In this document: positions 36,897 through 47,250 of the stretch, piece after piece
Numbering within the stretch: position 1 is the stretch's first letter
Layout: each line of letters starts with the position of its first letter
Source of the DNA: Clostridia bacterium
GTDB lineage: Bacteria; Bacillota; Clostridia; Oscillospirales; RGIG5554
Length of the DNA: 64,000 bases
Direction of reading: 5' to 3'
NCBI GenBank assembly: GCA_017507855.1
Contig: JAFWAE010000015.1
Coordinates: 1,126-65,125 of the forward strand
Notes under the pieces: generated by a model
Database searches by the model: none
Seen by the model: the letters and a program-made list of their open reading frames with translations, nothing else
What the model was told of the DNA's origin: nothing
Translations under genes and position numbers: made by a program

Positions 36897-37901
36897 TCAC
36901 CCCTTTCTTTGGGTTTGTGTTGTTTTTTGGCAACGAATCAGTAAATTCATCACGGTAATACGGAAATTCAAACTGTTGTTCAGCGCCGAACAGGCGACGT
37001 CAACGGCTTCCATTATACTGCCGACCTGTGTCTTTGTCAAGCCCCGCCCGGCCTCAAGTGCCTGTTGGGCGTTTTCAAACAAAAGCATGTGCGACGCGCC
37101 GACTTGAGCTACCAACACGTCCCGCGCCGCTAAACGCAAGGCTTTTAAACGCACACTCAAATCGTCCTTTTCCTTGTTCATGGCCAAAAGGTCGGGGGCT
37201 AATTTCATCAGGGACGCTGTCCCCTCCCCCGCCGCACGCAAAAAATCCGCGCAGAATTTCATCAGCTGAGACGCCGTGCCTCCTTGCAAAAAGGCACTTG
37301 CCCCACCCACGCTTCCTTCGCCCAAGCGGGCGGCCAAGGCCAAATCGGCCTCGCTTTTGCCGGCAAAACGCTGTTTTAGTTCTGCCATGACCTCCTCGGC
37401 GGGCAGTTTTTCCGTTTCCAAACAAACCAGGCGGGAACAAATGGTCTCCAAAAGTTGAGAGCGTGCCTGGGCGGTAAGGATAAACACGGAAAAGGAGGGG
37501 GGCTCCTCCAAAAGCTTCAGCAACGCATTTTGAGCCTGTACCGTCATTTGCTGAGCATCGGGGATCACCGTCACGCGGTGACGCCCCTCGTTAGGCACAA
37601 CGAAGGCTTTTTCCCGCAACTGACGGACCTGATCCACGGAGATCGTCTTTTTATCTTTCTCCGGAAGCAAGACCTGCACGTCCGGGTGGATCCCCTTGGC
37701 CACTTTGCGGCAGGCCAGGCATTCCCCGCAGGGACGCCCCCCATCCGCCATGCACAAAAACGCGCACGCCATGTGCATGGCCACGGTTTTCCGCCCGCTT
37801 CCGGGAATCCCCTCCAACAAATAGGCATGGCAAACACGACCGCTGTCTGCGGCCGCAGTAATCTGCGCCAAAAGCTGGCGGTTGCCTCTTAAAACAGCCA
37901 T
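36897..37901 (-). CDS. holB: DNA polymerase III delta' subunit
   Basis: HAYLLEGIPGSGRKT, zinc module CGECLACRK, SRC-like TICSRL. Confidence 0.85.
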   Translation of the reverse strand: MAVLRGNRQLLAQITAAADSGRVCHAYLLEGIPGSGRKTVAMHMACAFLCMADGGRPCGECLACRKVAKGIHPDVQVLLPEKDKKTISVDQVRQLREKAFVVPNEGRHRVTVIPDAQQMTVQAQNALLKLLEEPPSFSVFILTAQARSQLLETICSRLVCLETEKLPAEEVMAELKQRFAGKSEADLALAARLGEGSVGGASAFLQGGTASQLMKFCADFLRAAGEGTASLMKLAPDLLAMNKEKDDLSVRLKALRLAARDVLVAQVGASHMLLFENAQQALEAGRGLTKTQVGSIMEAVDVACSALNNSLNFRITVMNLLIRCQKTTQTQRKG

Positions 37902-37921
37902 GTATGTTGTCCTGTTTCCTT

Positions 37922-38245
37922 TTATACCTTTTCGAAGCGCTCAACGCTGAGCACAAAGATGGTAGCGCCGCCTACATTGATCTCCACCGAGGCAGACATG
38001 GTGGAATGGGGGGCCGCCGTCACAGAGGTATCCACCACCTGTTTGCGCTTGCGGCTTCCCTTTCCGATCAATTCAATGGCGCGCTGCACCTTATTGTCGC
38101 TGGTACCGATCAAAAACGTAGTGTTGCCGGACATCAGAAAGCCGCCTGTAGTGGCCATCTTCGTCACGGAAAAACCGTTTTCGGCCAACAGCCCGGAAAC
38201 GGACGATGCATCGTCGTTGTTAATAATAGCCATGATCAGTTTCAT
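37922..38245 (-). CDS. darA: cyclic-di-AMP receptor, PII-like (YaaQ/DarA type)
   Basis: MKLIMAIINNDDASSVSGLLAENGFSVTKMATTGGFL. Synteny with holB-yaaT. Confidence 0.8.
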   Translation of the reverse strand: MKLIMAIINNDDASSVSGLLAENGFSVTKMATTGGFLMSGNTTFLIGTSDNKVQRAIELIGKGSRKRKQVVDTSVTAAPHSTMSASVEINVGGATIFVLSVERFEKV

Positions 38246-38348
38246 ATGAATTCACCTGCTTTTTCTGGTTGAAAAAGCGTTCCTTTCTCCCCACATATGA
38301 TAAAGCCCTTCCAAGGTCCGTGGGGAAGACCCGAAATTACGGCTTTGT

Positions 38349-39452
38349 TTACTTGTTTTCGCCTTCCGTATAAATGCGCGGAAGCACGCCGTTGACAAAC
38401 ATGGGGATCACGTCAAAATACACCGTGTCGCCCACCTTGCAATCCACGTTGGATACGTCTGCGGCGGCACAGGAAAGAGATACGCGACCCACCAACTGGG
38501 CCTTTTTTCCGTTGACCGTGCAGCAAACGGGCTTTTTGCGCAACAGAAGGAGCAGATCGTGCCACACGTAGCGCGCCACGTCCCGAACGCGAAACAGATC
38601 CGGGCGGCGTTGGATCCCCACGCCGTCTGCCTGTCCTACGTTAATGATGGCGATCTTACTGTTTTTGCGGCAACGGTAGCCGGCCCCGTAGCCCACACAG
38701 GAGCCCTTGGGCAGCCATTTCAGATCGGTGATCTGCCCTTCCAGAAGCCCCACGCGCTGTAAACCGAAATCTCCGTCCACACGCCCTACCAAAGCAGAGC
38801 CCACCCGAACGGCATCGTACAGATCTTCCCCGCCGCGGAACAAAAGCTGAGAATTGGCCACGTGAGAGATGCCGTATACCACGTTTTCTTTTTTCAAACA
38901 AGCCAGCACCCCGTCAAAACGGGAAAGCTGAAGCTGGGTGTATTTGGCCTTGGGCTTATGAGCGTAAGCCAGGTGTGTGTAGATTCCCTCCACCTTCAAG
39001 GCAGGCATAAAGCGGAAAAGATTAAACAGCTTGTCCGTGTCGCGCCACAAAAATCCGCCACGACCCATGCCGGTATCGATCTCCAAATGAACACGCGCCG
39101 TGACCTTTTCCTCGGTGGCCATACCGTTTAACAGCACTGCCGCTTCCGTAGAGCCCACGGTAACCGTTAGTCCGTATTCCACAGCCAGGCGGGCCGTTTC
39201 ATCGTTATACGGCTGGCAAAGAACCAAAATTTCCTGCTCGATCCCGCTTTCCCGCAATTCCACAGCCTCTTCGTAGCTGTAAACGGCCAGCAAAGTGATT
39301 CCGCTTTCAATCAGCGTTTCGGCAAAAGGCACCAGGCCCATCCCGTAGCCGTTGGATTTTACCACCCCGTATACCACGCGGTCACCGGCCTTGCGCCGTA
39401 CTACCTCCACATTGGCTTTTACAGCCTGTGTGTTGATCACATACCCCTTCAT
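38349..39452 (-). CDS. alanine racemase-family PLP enzyme
   Basis: PLP-Lys motif VVKSNGYGMG, VGYGAGY segment. The usual GRVSMD is GRVSLS here, so I give no gene symbol. Confidence 0.7.
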   Translation of the reverse strand: MKGYVINTQAVKANVEVVRRKAGDRVVYGVVKSNGYGMGLVPFAETLIESGITLLAVYSYEEAVELRESGIEQEILVLCQPYNDETARLAVEYGLTVTVGSTEAAVLLNGMATEEKVTARVHLEIDTGMGRGGFLWRDTDKLFNLFRFMPALKVEGIYTHLAYAHKPKAKYTQLQLSRFDGVLACLKKENVVYGISHVANSQLLFRGGEDLYDAVRVGSALVGRVDGDFGLQRVGLLEGQITDLKWLPKGSCVGYGAGYRCRKNSKIAIINVGQADGVGIQRRPDLFRVRDVARYVWHDLLLLLRKKPVCCTVNGKKAQLVGRVSLSCAAADVSNVDCKVGDTVYFDVIPMFVNGVLPRIYTEGENK

Positions 39453-39476
39453 GCAATTTCATCCTTTCGCGGCGGC

Positions 39477-40547
39477 CTAAGCCCCTTTTTTATACTTCCT
39501 GTTTTTCCATCTGTATTTGATGCCGGCCAGCTTGGAAAAGATCTTTTTTCCCATCATGGCCCCTTTGTACACCAAGGGATGGAAGCAAAGCTCCAGCTCG
39601 CCTACAAATTCCGTGAACTCTCCGGAAAAGCCTTTTTTAAAGCGATACAACCCGTACAAGGGGTTATCCTCGGACAGGTCCCCGCTGACTCCGCGAAAAT
39701 CGTACAGCGTGCAACCCGTTTCCGCCGCCCAGGTGATCATTTCGTGCTGCAGCAAATAATTGGGCATTTTGTTGCGCTCGGCGTTAGAGGAAGCGCCGTA
39801 CAAATACCACACCTTGTCTCCAAAGCGAATGGCCAACGTACCTGCAATGGGTTGTTCCTCCGCAAAAGCCATATACAGGCGGCAATCCTGCCCCAAATGC
39901 TTCATCATAGAAGCAAAATAGGCCTTCGGGCGGGTGATGAAATGATCCCGCACCCCCGTTTCCAGCATAATGCGGTAAAAATCGTCCAGCATTTCCTCGC
40001 CGCAGATGCGTACCTCCACCCCGTTTTTCTGAGCCACGCGAATATTATAGCGGGTCTTGCTATGATAAGCCGCCATCAGCTCTTCGGCATTGCGTCCCTC
40101 AATGGGCAGGCGGAACACGTAACGGGGCTGGATGCCCTCAAAATTTTTGGATTCTCCGTTAAGGCGGTAGCCCAACTCCCGCATCTGCCGAGCAAAGACC
40201 TCGTCACTGCTCGGCACATCCGGATCGGTCTTAAACACACAGGCGCGGTGCTGCTTGGCCAGGGCTCGCAGTCCCTCCGTCAAATCGGCCAGCACCTGCG
40301 GGTCGTGGATATCGCAAACAGGCCCTCGAGGGGCGTACATCATCGTATAGGGAACCAAGGGCAGCTTGCGGATCAACACCGCCAAGCTTCCCCGAATGCT
40401 TCCGGCCTCGTCGCGGCTGATCACCGCCTGCCATTTCCAGGCGCTTTTCACACGGCCCCAGGCGCGTGTTTGCATAAAATGACTTCGGGGATGCGCCTGT
40501 ACGAAAGCGTCGTACGCTTCAAAATCGGCCGTTTGTAAGATCTCCAA
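39477..40547 (-). CDS. FemAB-family peptidoglycan aminoacyl-transferase
   Basis: FMQTRAWGRVK...RYNIRVAQKNGVEV...PNYLLQHEMITWA...YDFRGVS. Start set to TTG 8 nt after AGGAG. Confidence 0.8.
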   Translation of the reverse strand: MEILQTADFEAYDAFVQAHPRSHFMQTRAWGRVKSAWKWQAVISRDEAGSIRGSLAVLIRKLPLVPYTMMYAPRGPVCDIHDPQVLADLTEGLRALAKQHRACVFKTDPDVPSSDEVFARQMRELGYRLNGESKNFEGIQPRYVFRLPIEGRNAEELMAAYHSKTRYNIRVAQKNGVEVRICGEEMLDDFYRIMLETGVRDHFITRPKAYFASMMKHLGQDCRLYMAFAEEQPIAGTLAIRFGDKVWYLYGASSNAERNKMPNYLLQHEMITWAAETGCTLYDFRGVSGDLSEDNPLYGLYRFKKGFSGEFTEFVGELELCFHPLVYKGAMMGKKIFSKLAGIKYRWKNRKYKKGA

Positions 40548-40552
40548 GGCTG

Positions 40553-41320
40553 TTACTCCTTTTTCTCTAAAATTTTCAGGTTTCTCTCCAAGGGAGCTTT
40601 GCCCCGCCAGGTAAAGGCCCTCCCCGTATATTGCCGTCCAAACTCCTCCTCCGTCGAGGGAAGCGGGGGCAAATGGCAAAGCAGATCCTGTTGAAAAGCC
40701 TCCAACGGGGTCGGCCGCACACGGCGGTTATGGGGGCAAACCGTTTGACAGCGGTCACAGCCCCAGACCATGCCTCCTTGGCGGACCCATGCCTCCTGCA
40801 GGGGAGTAAGATCCCCTTTCTTTTGGGTCAAGGCGGAAAGACAACGCGCCGTGTCCACCCCACTCGGCTCCAGGGCCTTCGTAGGGCAAGCTCGCAGGCA
40901 CGCCCCGCAACCTTCACAAAAGCACTCCTCCTTGGGGAGCTCGTCACAAGGCAAGTCTGTCAAAAGCTCGGCCAAAAACACGTAAGAACCGTATTCGGGA
41001 TGCAAAAACAAGCCGTTCATGCCCCGCATTCCAAGGCCCGCAGACAACGCCAATTTCCGCTCGTCAAAGCGGCAACTGTCGCAAAATACCCGGGCTTGCA
41101 TACAAGGATGCTCTTTGCGCAGTTCCTGCTCAAAGGCCCCCAAAATACGCGCGGCCACGGCATGGTAATCCTCTCCGCGGGCGTAGAGGGAGATCGTCCC
41201 TTCTGCGGCCCCCGCAAAATAGGGAAGCACAAAGCAGAAGGCCGAGCGCGTCCACGGAGGCATGCCTTTTTGCGGTTGGGGTACGCTGACCCACGCCCAC
41301 GGGCACCCGCAAAATTCCAT
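40553..41320 (-). CDS. queG: epoxyqueuosine reductase (short form)
   Basis: Ferredoxin-type CEGCGACLRACPTKAL and CDRCQTVCPHN. YARGEDYHAV segment. ATG 41320 abuts the upstream stop. Confidence 0.75.
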   Translation of the reverse strand: MEFCGCPWAWVSVPQPQKGMPPWTRSAFCFVLPYFAGAAEGTISLYARGEDYHAVAARILGAFEQELRKEHPCMQARVFCDSCRFDERKLALSAGLGMRGMNGLFLHPEYGSYVFLAELLTDLPCDELPKEECFCEGCGACLRACPTKALEPSGVDTARCLSALTQKKGDLTPLQEAWVRQGGMVWGCDRCQTVCPHNRRVRPTPLEAFQQDLLCHLPPLPSTEEEFGRQYTGRAFTWRGKAPLERNLKILEKKE

Positions 41321-41321
41321 A

Positions 41322-42527
41322 TTACTGCACCTTGAAGTGGCGGTAATAGTACAAATACGTGACACCCACGTAGGTCTTACCGGGGTTGATAAGCAGGGCC
41401 TCTCCGTCAGCCGTCGTGAACCGCATGGGAGATTCATGGGCGGTCTTTTCCCAACGGATGGGGATCATTTTTCCGCCGCTGATATAATACCCGTCTCCGG
41501 TGCCGATAATTCCCACGGAAACGTGATCCTCCGTGTCCCCTTCGATGGGCTTAATGGAGGCCCCCAGTACGATCAGGTTGGTAAATTCCAGCTGTCGATT
41601 GTCGTACAGGCAGTCCACGTGGGGGATGCCCTTGTAATGGAACTTTCGGTACAGCTTGGTTTCGGGATCGTATTCAAAATCGGAAATGCAATAGGAGGAA
41701 AATTCCACCTTCACCTGCACGGCACTTTGCCCTTCCAACTCGTAAGTGCTTTCCGCAAACTGCAAGGGACGGGGGAAATCCACCTCGGTGGTGGTGCGGT
41801 ATTTTTTGCGGGCGATCCCCTTGACCAGCCCTTCACCGGTCACCATCATGCTGTGGGCATAACCCAACTCCTTGCGGCGCACGGCATCGCGGAAGAAGGT
41901 AGTTCCCTCCAATCCGCCGTAGATCCCCTCCAAATTGTCGATATCACGCTCGCGGATCTGCTCAAAAGCAGTATTGGCCGCGCCGTGGTGAACGAAAATG
42001 GCGTCGTAATCCTGGGCAAAGTCGATAAAGTATTCACGGGCCGAACGCATGGAGCCCACGCGTTCCACCGCCGCATAATCCGTAAACAAGGCCATTAGGC
42101 GGGTCTGGCCGCCCTCGGTCAACGTTTCGTAGATCACGTCTGCCTTCGAAATGCCTTCCTGAGGCAAGCCCCCCTTGGCATTGCCCACCATCATCGCAAC
42201 GGGGCGGTTGGTGACCTTATCCTCGGCAATAGGCAAGCCCGTCAGCGGATTCAAAAATACCGCAGGCGTCGTGTCGGGCTTCACCGTTTCGGGAGCGGTG
42301 GCAGGCACGGTAGGCTCTTGGGTGGAAGGAGCCGTAGCAGGCTGGGTGACGGGCACCGTGGCAGGCGCTGTGGCGGGCACCGTAGCAGGCACCGTGGCAG
42401 GCTGGGTCTGAGGCAAGGTCAAAGCCGGCGCAGTAACGGGCACGGACGGTCCCTGGCAAGCTGTCAAAGCCAACGTTGCCAAACACAGGCAAGCGCACAG
42501 ACAAATTTTAAAAAACTTGGTCGACAA
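41322..42527 (-). CDS. DUF3048-like lipoprotein with PT-rich linker
   Basis: TTG start 8 nt after AAGGAG gives MSTKFFKICLCACLCLATLALTAC (lipobox LTAC), then a PT linker and a globular domain. Confidence 0.65.
   Translation of the reverse strand: MSTKFFKICLCACLCLATLALTACQGPSVPVTAPALTLPQTQPATVPATVPATAPATVPVTQPATAPSTQEPTVPATAPETVKPDTTPAVFLNPLTGLPIAEDKVTNRPVAMMVGNAKGGLPQEGISKADVIYETLTEGGQTRLMALFTDYAAVERVGSMRSAREYFIDFAQDYDAIFVHHGAANTAFEQIRERDIDNLEGIYGGLEGTTFFRDAVRRKELGYAHSMMVTGEGLVKGIARKKYRTTTEVDFPRPLQFAESTYELEGQSAVQVKVEFSSYCISDFEYDPETKLYRKFHYKGIPHVDCLYDNRQLEFTNLIVLGASIKPIEGDTEDHVSVGIIGTGDGYYISGGKMIPIRWEKTAHESPMRFTTADGEALLINPGKTYVGVTYLYYYRHFKVQ
42264..42449 (-). repeat. Pro/Thr/Ala/Val-coding tandem repeats (12-nt units, PATV)
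   Basis: TQPATVPATVPATAPATVPVTQPATAPSTQEPTVPATAPE. DNA shows repeated ggcaccgtggca-like units. Confidence 0.7.
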
Positions 42528-42590
42528 AGCAAAGCACTCCTTTTCCCTCCGCAAAAAAGGCAGAGGATTCCCTATCTTACAGATACGTTT

Positions 42591-42620
42591 ATTATATCAT
42601 AGGCAAGCTTTATATTGCAA
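42591..42620 (-). promoter_or_regulatory. promoter of the DUF3048-like gene
   Basis: Minus strand TTGCAA - 18 nt - TATAAT with TGa extended -10. Confidence 0.55.
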
Positions 42621-42643
42621 GTATTTTTGCACAGTTTCCCCAC

Positions 42644-42678
42644 ACAAAAAAGCCGCACAACCTCGTTGTACGGCTTTG
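42644..42678 (-). terminator. intrinsic terminator after lepA
   Basis: Minus strand AAGCCGTACAAC gag GTTGTGCGGCTT followed by TTTTGTGTGG. Confidence 0.8.
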
Positions 42679-42685
42679 GGCCTTT

Positions 42686-44491
42686 TTATTCGTCATCCAG
42701 CTTGAGCACCGCCATAAAAGCCTCGGAGGGAATGGCCACCGAACCCAACTGGCGCATTTTCTTTTTGCCTTCTTTTTGCTTTTCCAGCAGCTTCTTTTTG
42801 CGGGTAATATCACCGCCGTAGCACTTGGCCAGCACGTCCTTGCGCATAGCCTTCACCGTTTCGCGTGCGATCACCTTTCCTCCGATAGCCGCCTGCACGG
42901 GAATTTCAAAAAGCTGGCGGGGAATGTTGTCCTTCAGCTTTTCTGTCAGCTTGCGGGCGCGGGTATAGGCATTGTCCGCAAACACGATAAAGGACAGCGC
43001 GTCCACCATTTCTCCGTTAAGCAAAATGTCCAACTTGGCCAAACGGGAAGGCGCATAGCCCTTAAACTCGTAATCCAAAGAGGCATACCCCTTGGAACGG
43101 CTCTTCAAAGCGTCGAAAAAGTCGTAAATGATCTCGTTAAGGGGCATTTCGTAGCGCAGTTTCACCCGCTCGGTGTCCAAATACACCATGTCCAAAAATA
43201 CTCCGCGGCGTTCCTGGCAAAGATCCATAATGTTACCCACGTATTCCGCAGGCAGCAGGATCTCTGCATTGGTGATGGGCTCACAGGCGGAGGCAATGCG
43301 ATCTGCCGCAGGGTAGTTGGTGGGGTTGTCGATATATTCCACCGTACCGTCGGTCATGTGCAACTCGTAAAGCACGCTGGGGGCCGTGGTGATCAGATCC
43401 AGGTTAAATTCCCGCTCCAAGCGCTCCTGAATGATCTCCATGTGAAGAAGCCCCAAAAAGCCACAGCGAAATCCAAATCCCAATGCCACAGAGGTCTCCG
43501 GTTCAAATTCCAATGCCGCATCGTTTAAGCGCAAGCGCTCCAATGCGTCGCGCAGATCGCCGTAGCGGGCACCGTCCAAGGGGAAGATCCCGCAAAATAC
43601 CATGGGGGAAGCTTTTTTAAAGCCGGGCAGGGGCTCCGTTGCAGGAGCATTGGCCAGGGTAACCGTATCTCCCACACGGGTATCCTCCACCGATTTGATG
43701 CTGGCGGTGATGTATCCTACCTCGCCGGCCTTCAATTCTGCGGCGGGCTTCATGCCAAAGGGCTGTAAATGCCCGATCTCCGTGACGGTAAACTTGGCCC
43801 CCGTGGACATCAGCAGCATCTCGTCTCCCGTGCGCAGGGTGCCGTCCATCAGGCGCACGTACACGATCACACCCCGATAGCTATCGTAAACAGAGTCGAA
43901 GATCAACGCCCGAAGAGGAGCGTTGTCATCCCCGGAGGGAGGGGGTACGTCCCGCACGATCTGTTCGGCCACAGCGCGGATATTCAACCCCCTTTTGGCA
44001 GATACTCGGGGGGCATCTTGGGCGGGAATGCCGATAATATCCTCGATCTCGCGGATGACGTGATCGGGATTGGCAGAGGGTAAGTCGATCTTGTTGACAA
44101 CGGGCAACAACTCCAGTCCGTGATCCACCGCCAGATAGGCGTTAGCCAGGGTCTGTGCCTCAATGCCCTGAGAAGCATCCACCACCAGCAAGGCCCCTTC
44201 GCAGGCGCAAAGGGATCGGGATACCTCGTAATTAAAATCTACGTGTCCGGGCGTATCGATCAGGTTGAGGGCGTAGGTCTCCCCGTCGTCGGCGGTGTAA
44301 TTCAAGCGCACCGCACGGGCCTTGATGGTGATCCCACGTTCCTTTTCCAGATCCATATTGTCCAGCATCTGCTCGTCGATCTCGCGCTGGGAAACGGCAT
44401 CCGTCAGCTCCAGCAAACGGTCCGCAAGGGTGGATTTGCCGTGGTCAATATGGGCTATGATGCAAAAATTTCGAATGTGCGAACGTTCCAT
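42686..44491 (-). CDS. lepA: elongation factor 4
   Basis: Trimmed to [38 protein letters not shown]. LepA C-terminal domain. Confidence 0.95.
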   Translation of the reverse strand: MERSHIRNFCIIAHIDHGKSTLADRLLELTDAVSQREIDEQMLDNMDLEKERGITIKARAVRLNYTADDGETYALNLIDTPGHVDFNYEVSRSLCACEGALLVVDASQGIEAQTLANAYLAVDHGLELLPVVNKIDLPSANPDHVIREIEDIIGIPAQDAPRVSAKRGLNIRAVAEQIVRDVPPPSGDDNAPLRALIFDSVYDSYRGVIVYVRLMDGTLRTGDEMLLMSTGAKFTVTEIGHLQPFGMKPAAELKAGEVGYITASIKSVEDTRVGDTVTLANAPATEPLPGFKKASPMVFCGIFPLDGARYGDLRDALERLRLNDAALEFEPETSVALGFGFRCGFLGLLHMEIIQERLEREFNLDLITTAPSVLYELHMTDGTVEYIDNPTNYPAADRIASACEPITNAEILLPAEYVGNIMDLCQERRGVFLDMVYLDTERVKLRYEMPLNEIIYDFFDALKSRSKGYASLDYEFKGYAPSRLAKLDILLNGEMVDALSFIVFADNAYTRARKLTEKLKDNIPRQLFEIPVQAAIGGKVIARETVKAMRKDVLAKCYGGDITRKKKLLEKQKEGKKKMRQLGSVAIPSEAFMAVLKLDDE

Positions 44492-44492
44492 G

Positions 44493-45593
44493 TTAACGGC
44501 TCCATCGTTCCAAAATATCGGCAATCTGGCGGCTTGCCGTGCCGTCCCCATAAGGGTTTTTCGCCCGAGCCATACGGGTGTAGACCTGCGAATCGGTAAG
44601 CAGGGAGGTCGCCGCCTGCACGATCGCGTCTTCGTCCGTGCCAACGGGCCAAAGAGTCCCCGCTTCCACCCCTTCGGGGCGCTCGGTGCTGTCCCGCAGT
44701 ACTAAAACGGGCTTGCCCAGGGCGGGAGCCTCTTCCTGTAGGCCGCCGCTGTCCGTCATGATCATGTAAGCCCGCGCCATTAAATTATGGCAATCCAAAA
44801 CGTCCACGGGATCGGTAAGGATCACGCGGGGACAATCGCCCAGTATGTCAAACACCGGCTCTCTCACAGCGGGATTGGGATGCACCGGCCAAAGGATCTC
44901 CACGTCCTCAAACTGCCGGACGATACGGCGCACAGCGTGACAGATACGCACCATAGGCTCGCCCAGGTTTTCTCTGCGATGGGCCGTCATAAAGATCAAC
45001 CGACGCTGGGGATGCACCTGCTCGGGCAGGCGATAATCCTCCCGAACGGTGGTAGCCAACGCGTCAATGACGGTATTCCCCGTCACAAAAATCGTTGCAT
45101 CGTCCTTTCCCTCCGCCAGCAGATTGCTGCGGGAGGTCTGAGTGGGAGCAAAATGCAGGTCGGCCAAAATCCCCACACCGCGGCGGTTCATCTCCTCGGG
45201 GAAGGGGGAAGAAATATCCTCGGTGCGAAGGCCCGCCTCCACGTGGCCTACGGGGATCTTTAAATAAAAGGCTGCCAAGGCAGAGGCGAACGCCGTGGAG
45301 GTGTCCCCGTGGACAAGCACCAGATCGGGAGAAGCCTGCTCCAGCACGTCCCGCATCCCCGTCAGCACACGGGTAGTAATGTCAAACAGCGTCTGGCGCG
45401 GTTGCATCACAGCCAGATCGTAATCCGGCACGATGCCAAAGGTATCCAAAACAGAGGCCAACATCTCCCGATGCTGCCCGGTCACACACACCAGGGTCTC
45501 AAAAGCATCCCGCTTTTTCATTTCGGCGGCCAGGGGACACATTTTTACCGCATCCGGCCTGGTGCCAAATACCAACATGATCTTTTTTTTCAT
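44493..45593 (-). CDS. wecB: UDP-N-acetylglucosamine 2-epimerase (non-hydrolysing)
   Basis: [14 protein letters not shown]...VHGDTSTAF...HVEAGLRT...[21 protein letters not shown]. Confidence 0.9.
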   Translation of the reverse strand: MKKKIMLVFGTRPDAVKMCPLAAEMKKRDAFETLVCVTGQHREMLASVLDTFGIVPDYDLAVMQPRQTLFDITTRVLTGMRDVLEQASPDLVLVHGDTSTAFASALAAFYLKIPVGHVEAGLRTEDISSPFPEEMNRRGVGILADLHFAPTQTSRSNLLAEGKDDATIFVTGNTVIDALATTVREDYRLPEQVHPQRRLIFMTAHRRENLGEPMVRICHAVRRIVRQFEDVEILWPVHPNPAVREPVFDILGDCPRVILTDPVDVLDCHNLMARAYMIMTDSGGLQEEAPALGKPVLVLRDSTERPEGVEAGTLWPVGTDEDAIVQAATSLLTDSQVYTRMARAKNPYGDGTASRQIADILERWSR

Positions 45594-45605
45594 CTGCGCG
45601 ATCCC

Positions 45606-46079
45606 TTATTGCCCGTCGTGGCGCAAATTGGCTCTCAGCTTCTTGATTCCGGCCAGATCCTGTCCCAAGGCGTTTTCATGCTCCCGCAGGAGATTGTCCA
45701 CGTATTGGTTGGTGGCCGCACGCATTTCCTTGGAGCGCTGCTGGGCCGCCTCCAGGATCTCGTTGGCCTTGATCTGGGCGGCTTTGATGATCTCGTCTTG
45801 GGAGAGCATCCGTTTCTTGGCTTCCTCTGCCACGCGCAGGGTGATCTCCGCATCCTGCTTGGCCTTGGAAATAATCTGTACGCGGTCGTTGGCAATGATC
45901 TTGGCCTGGCGGATCTCGGTGGGCAGATTCACGCGGATCTCCTCCACCAGCTCCCGCAGTTCTTCCGTGTCTACCACACATTTTCCCCCCATCAAAGGCA
46001 GGGATACCGCCTTGTTAAGCAGGTCTTCCATGCGGTTGAGGCATTCCTCGGTAGTTGTGGGCATTAACAATTCATCCAT
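45606..46079 (-). CDS. coiled-coil protein, function unknown
   Basis: 157 aa, heptad-rich (KAKQDAEITLRVAEEAKKRML...). 8-nt overlap with coaD. Confidence 0.5.
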   Translation of the reverse strand: MDELLMPTTTEECLNRMEDLLNKAVSLPLMGGKCVVDTEELRELVEEIRVNLPTEIRQAKIIANDRVQIISKAKQDAEITLRVAEEAKKRMLSQDEIIKAAQIKANEILEAAQQRSKEMRAATNQYVDNLLREHENALGQDLAGIKKLRANLRHDGQ

Positions 46080-46617
46080 GACTGTTTTCCTCCTTGATTG
46101 ATTGGGGGTCTATGCGGGCAAATCCGCCCTTGTAGCAGGCTATGACCTGCTCGATGATCTCGGGCGGCAACAATCCTTTGTAAGCTTGAGCGGGAAGTTG
46201 ATAAGAAAGCAACACCTTCACCGCGCTGGAACTAACGTGGGTTAACTCCGTTTTGCAGGGAAGCAGTATCGTTTCCGCGTTGCCCAAACGGCGGTTATAC
46301 TCCGCCTCGGTCTGTTCCAGGTAAAGATCGGCTTCGTTGCGCACACCCTTTACCAATACCGCATCGCCCAATTCAGCGGCCAGCTCGGCGGCCATGCCGT
46401 GATAGGCCACGATCTCCACTTGGGGAAAGTCCTGCAAGGCCAGGCGCAAAAAGTTCAGTCTTTCTTCTATGGTAAAGCAGGGCTTTTTTTGGGAATTGAC
46501 CAGCACCGCCACGACCACTTTGTCAAACAGTGCCGTAGCGCGGCAGATGATATCCACGTGCCCTTGGGTAACGGGGTCAAAGCTCCCCGCGCAAAGGGCT
46601 GTAACGGATCTACTCAT
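46072..46617 (-). CDS. coaD: pantetheine-phosphate adenylyltransferase
   Basis: Trimmed to MSRSVTALCAGSFDPVTQGHVDII (T/HxGH). ISSSAVK-like HVSSSAVK. Confidence 0.9.
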   Translation of the reverse strand: MSRSVTALCAGSFDPVTQGHVDIICRATALFDKVVVAVLVNSQKKPCFTIEERLNFLRLALQDFPQVEIVAYHGMAAELAAELGDAVLVKGVRNEADLYLEQTEAEYNRRLGNAETILLPCKTELTHVSSSAVKVLLSYQLPAQAYKGLLPPEIIEQVIACYKGGFARIDPQSIKEENSHG

Positions 46618-47182
46618 GGGCAAACTCCCCTCCCGTTTCGTAAATATGCAGCATGCGGCGGCCGTAGCGCAAGGAGCGCACCAGGGAAAACGCTCCTGCC
46701 TGCGCGGGCAATTCATCCCCCGCATCACTTTCGCATACACAAATGGCGTAGGGGCTGACCAACTGCAGGGCGCAAAGCCGCTGCATCGCTTTTTCGCAAA
46801 GTCCTTTGCTGTAAGGCGGGTCCAAAAAGATCAGGGAAAAGGGATCCTTTTCCGTGCGTGCCAAATTTTCCAGCACAGAAAAAGCCTCTCCCCGACAGAC
46901 CCTGGTCTGTTCGGAAAGATTGCAAGCGGCGGCATTTTTACGGATACAAGCAATGGCCGGCTCGCTACTGTCGCAAAAAACCGCATAAGACGCACCGCGG
47001 CTGAGTGCTTCCAGCCCCAATTGGCCGCTTCCCGCAAACAGGTCCAGCACCCGCCGTCCCGGCACGCGGAACTGAATGGCGCTGAAAAGACCTTGCTTGA
47101 CCAAGTCTGCCGTAGGACGGGTCTCCTCTCCCTTGGGCGTGCTCAATTGCCTGCCCCGGGCACTTCCCGTAATAATGCGCAT
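46610..47182 (-). CDS. rsmD: 16S rRNA (guanine966-N2)-methyltransferase
   Basis: Trimmed to MRIITGSARGRQL. DLFAGSGQLGLEALSRGA, FLDPPY. Confidence 0.85.
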   Translation of the reverse strand: MRIITGSARGRQLSTPKGEETRPTADLVKQGLFSAIQFRVPGRRVLDLFAGSGQLGLEALSRGASYAVFCDSSEPAIACIRKNAAACNLSEQTRVCRGEAFSVLENLARTEKDPFSLIFLDPPYSKGLCEKAMQRLCALQLVSPYAICVCESDAGDELPAQAGAFSLVRSLRYGRRMLHIYETGGEFAHE

Positions 47183-47250
47183 TTTTGCGATCCTCCTTTT
47201 TTCGTTAAACAAACGTCTTCTTTTTATTTTCCCATATTTTCAGGAAAAAA

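Noticed and set aside
42686-44644. Long N-terminal extensions in the ORF track (LepA, CoaD, QueG, MutY, RimM, O-antigen ligase and others)
   Set aside because: The track starts each ORF at the first ATG/GTG/TTG. The extensions overlap the upstream genes and precede the canonical, SD-supported N-termini, so I trimmed the starts.
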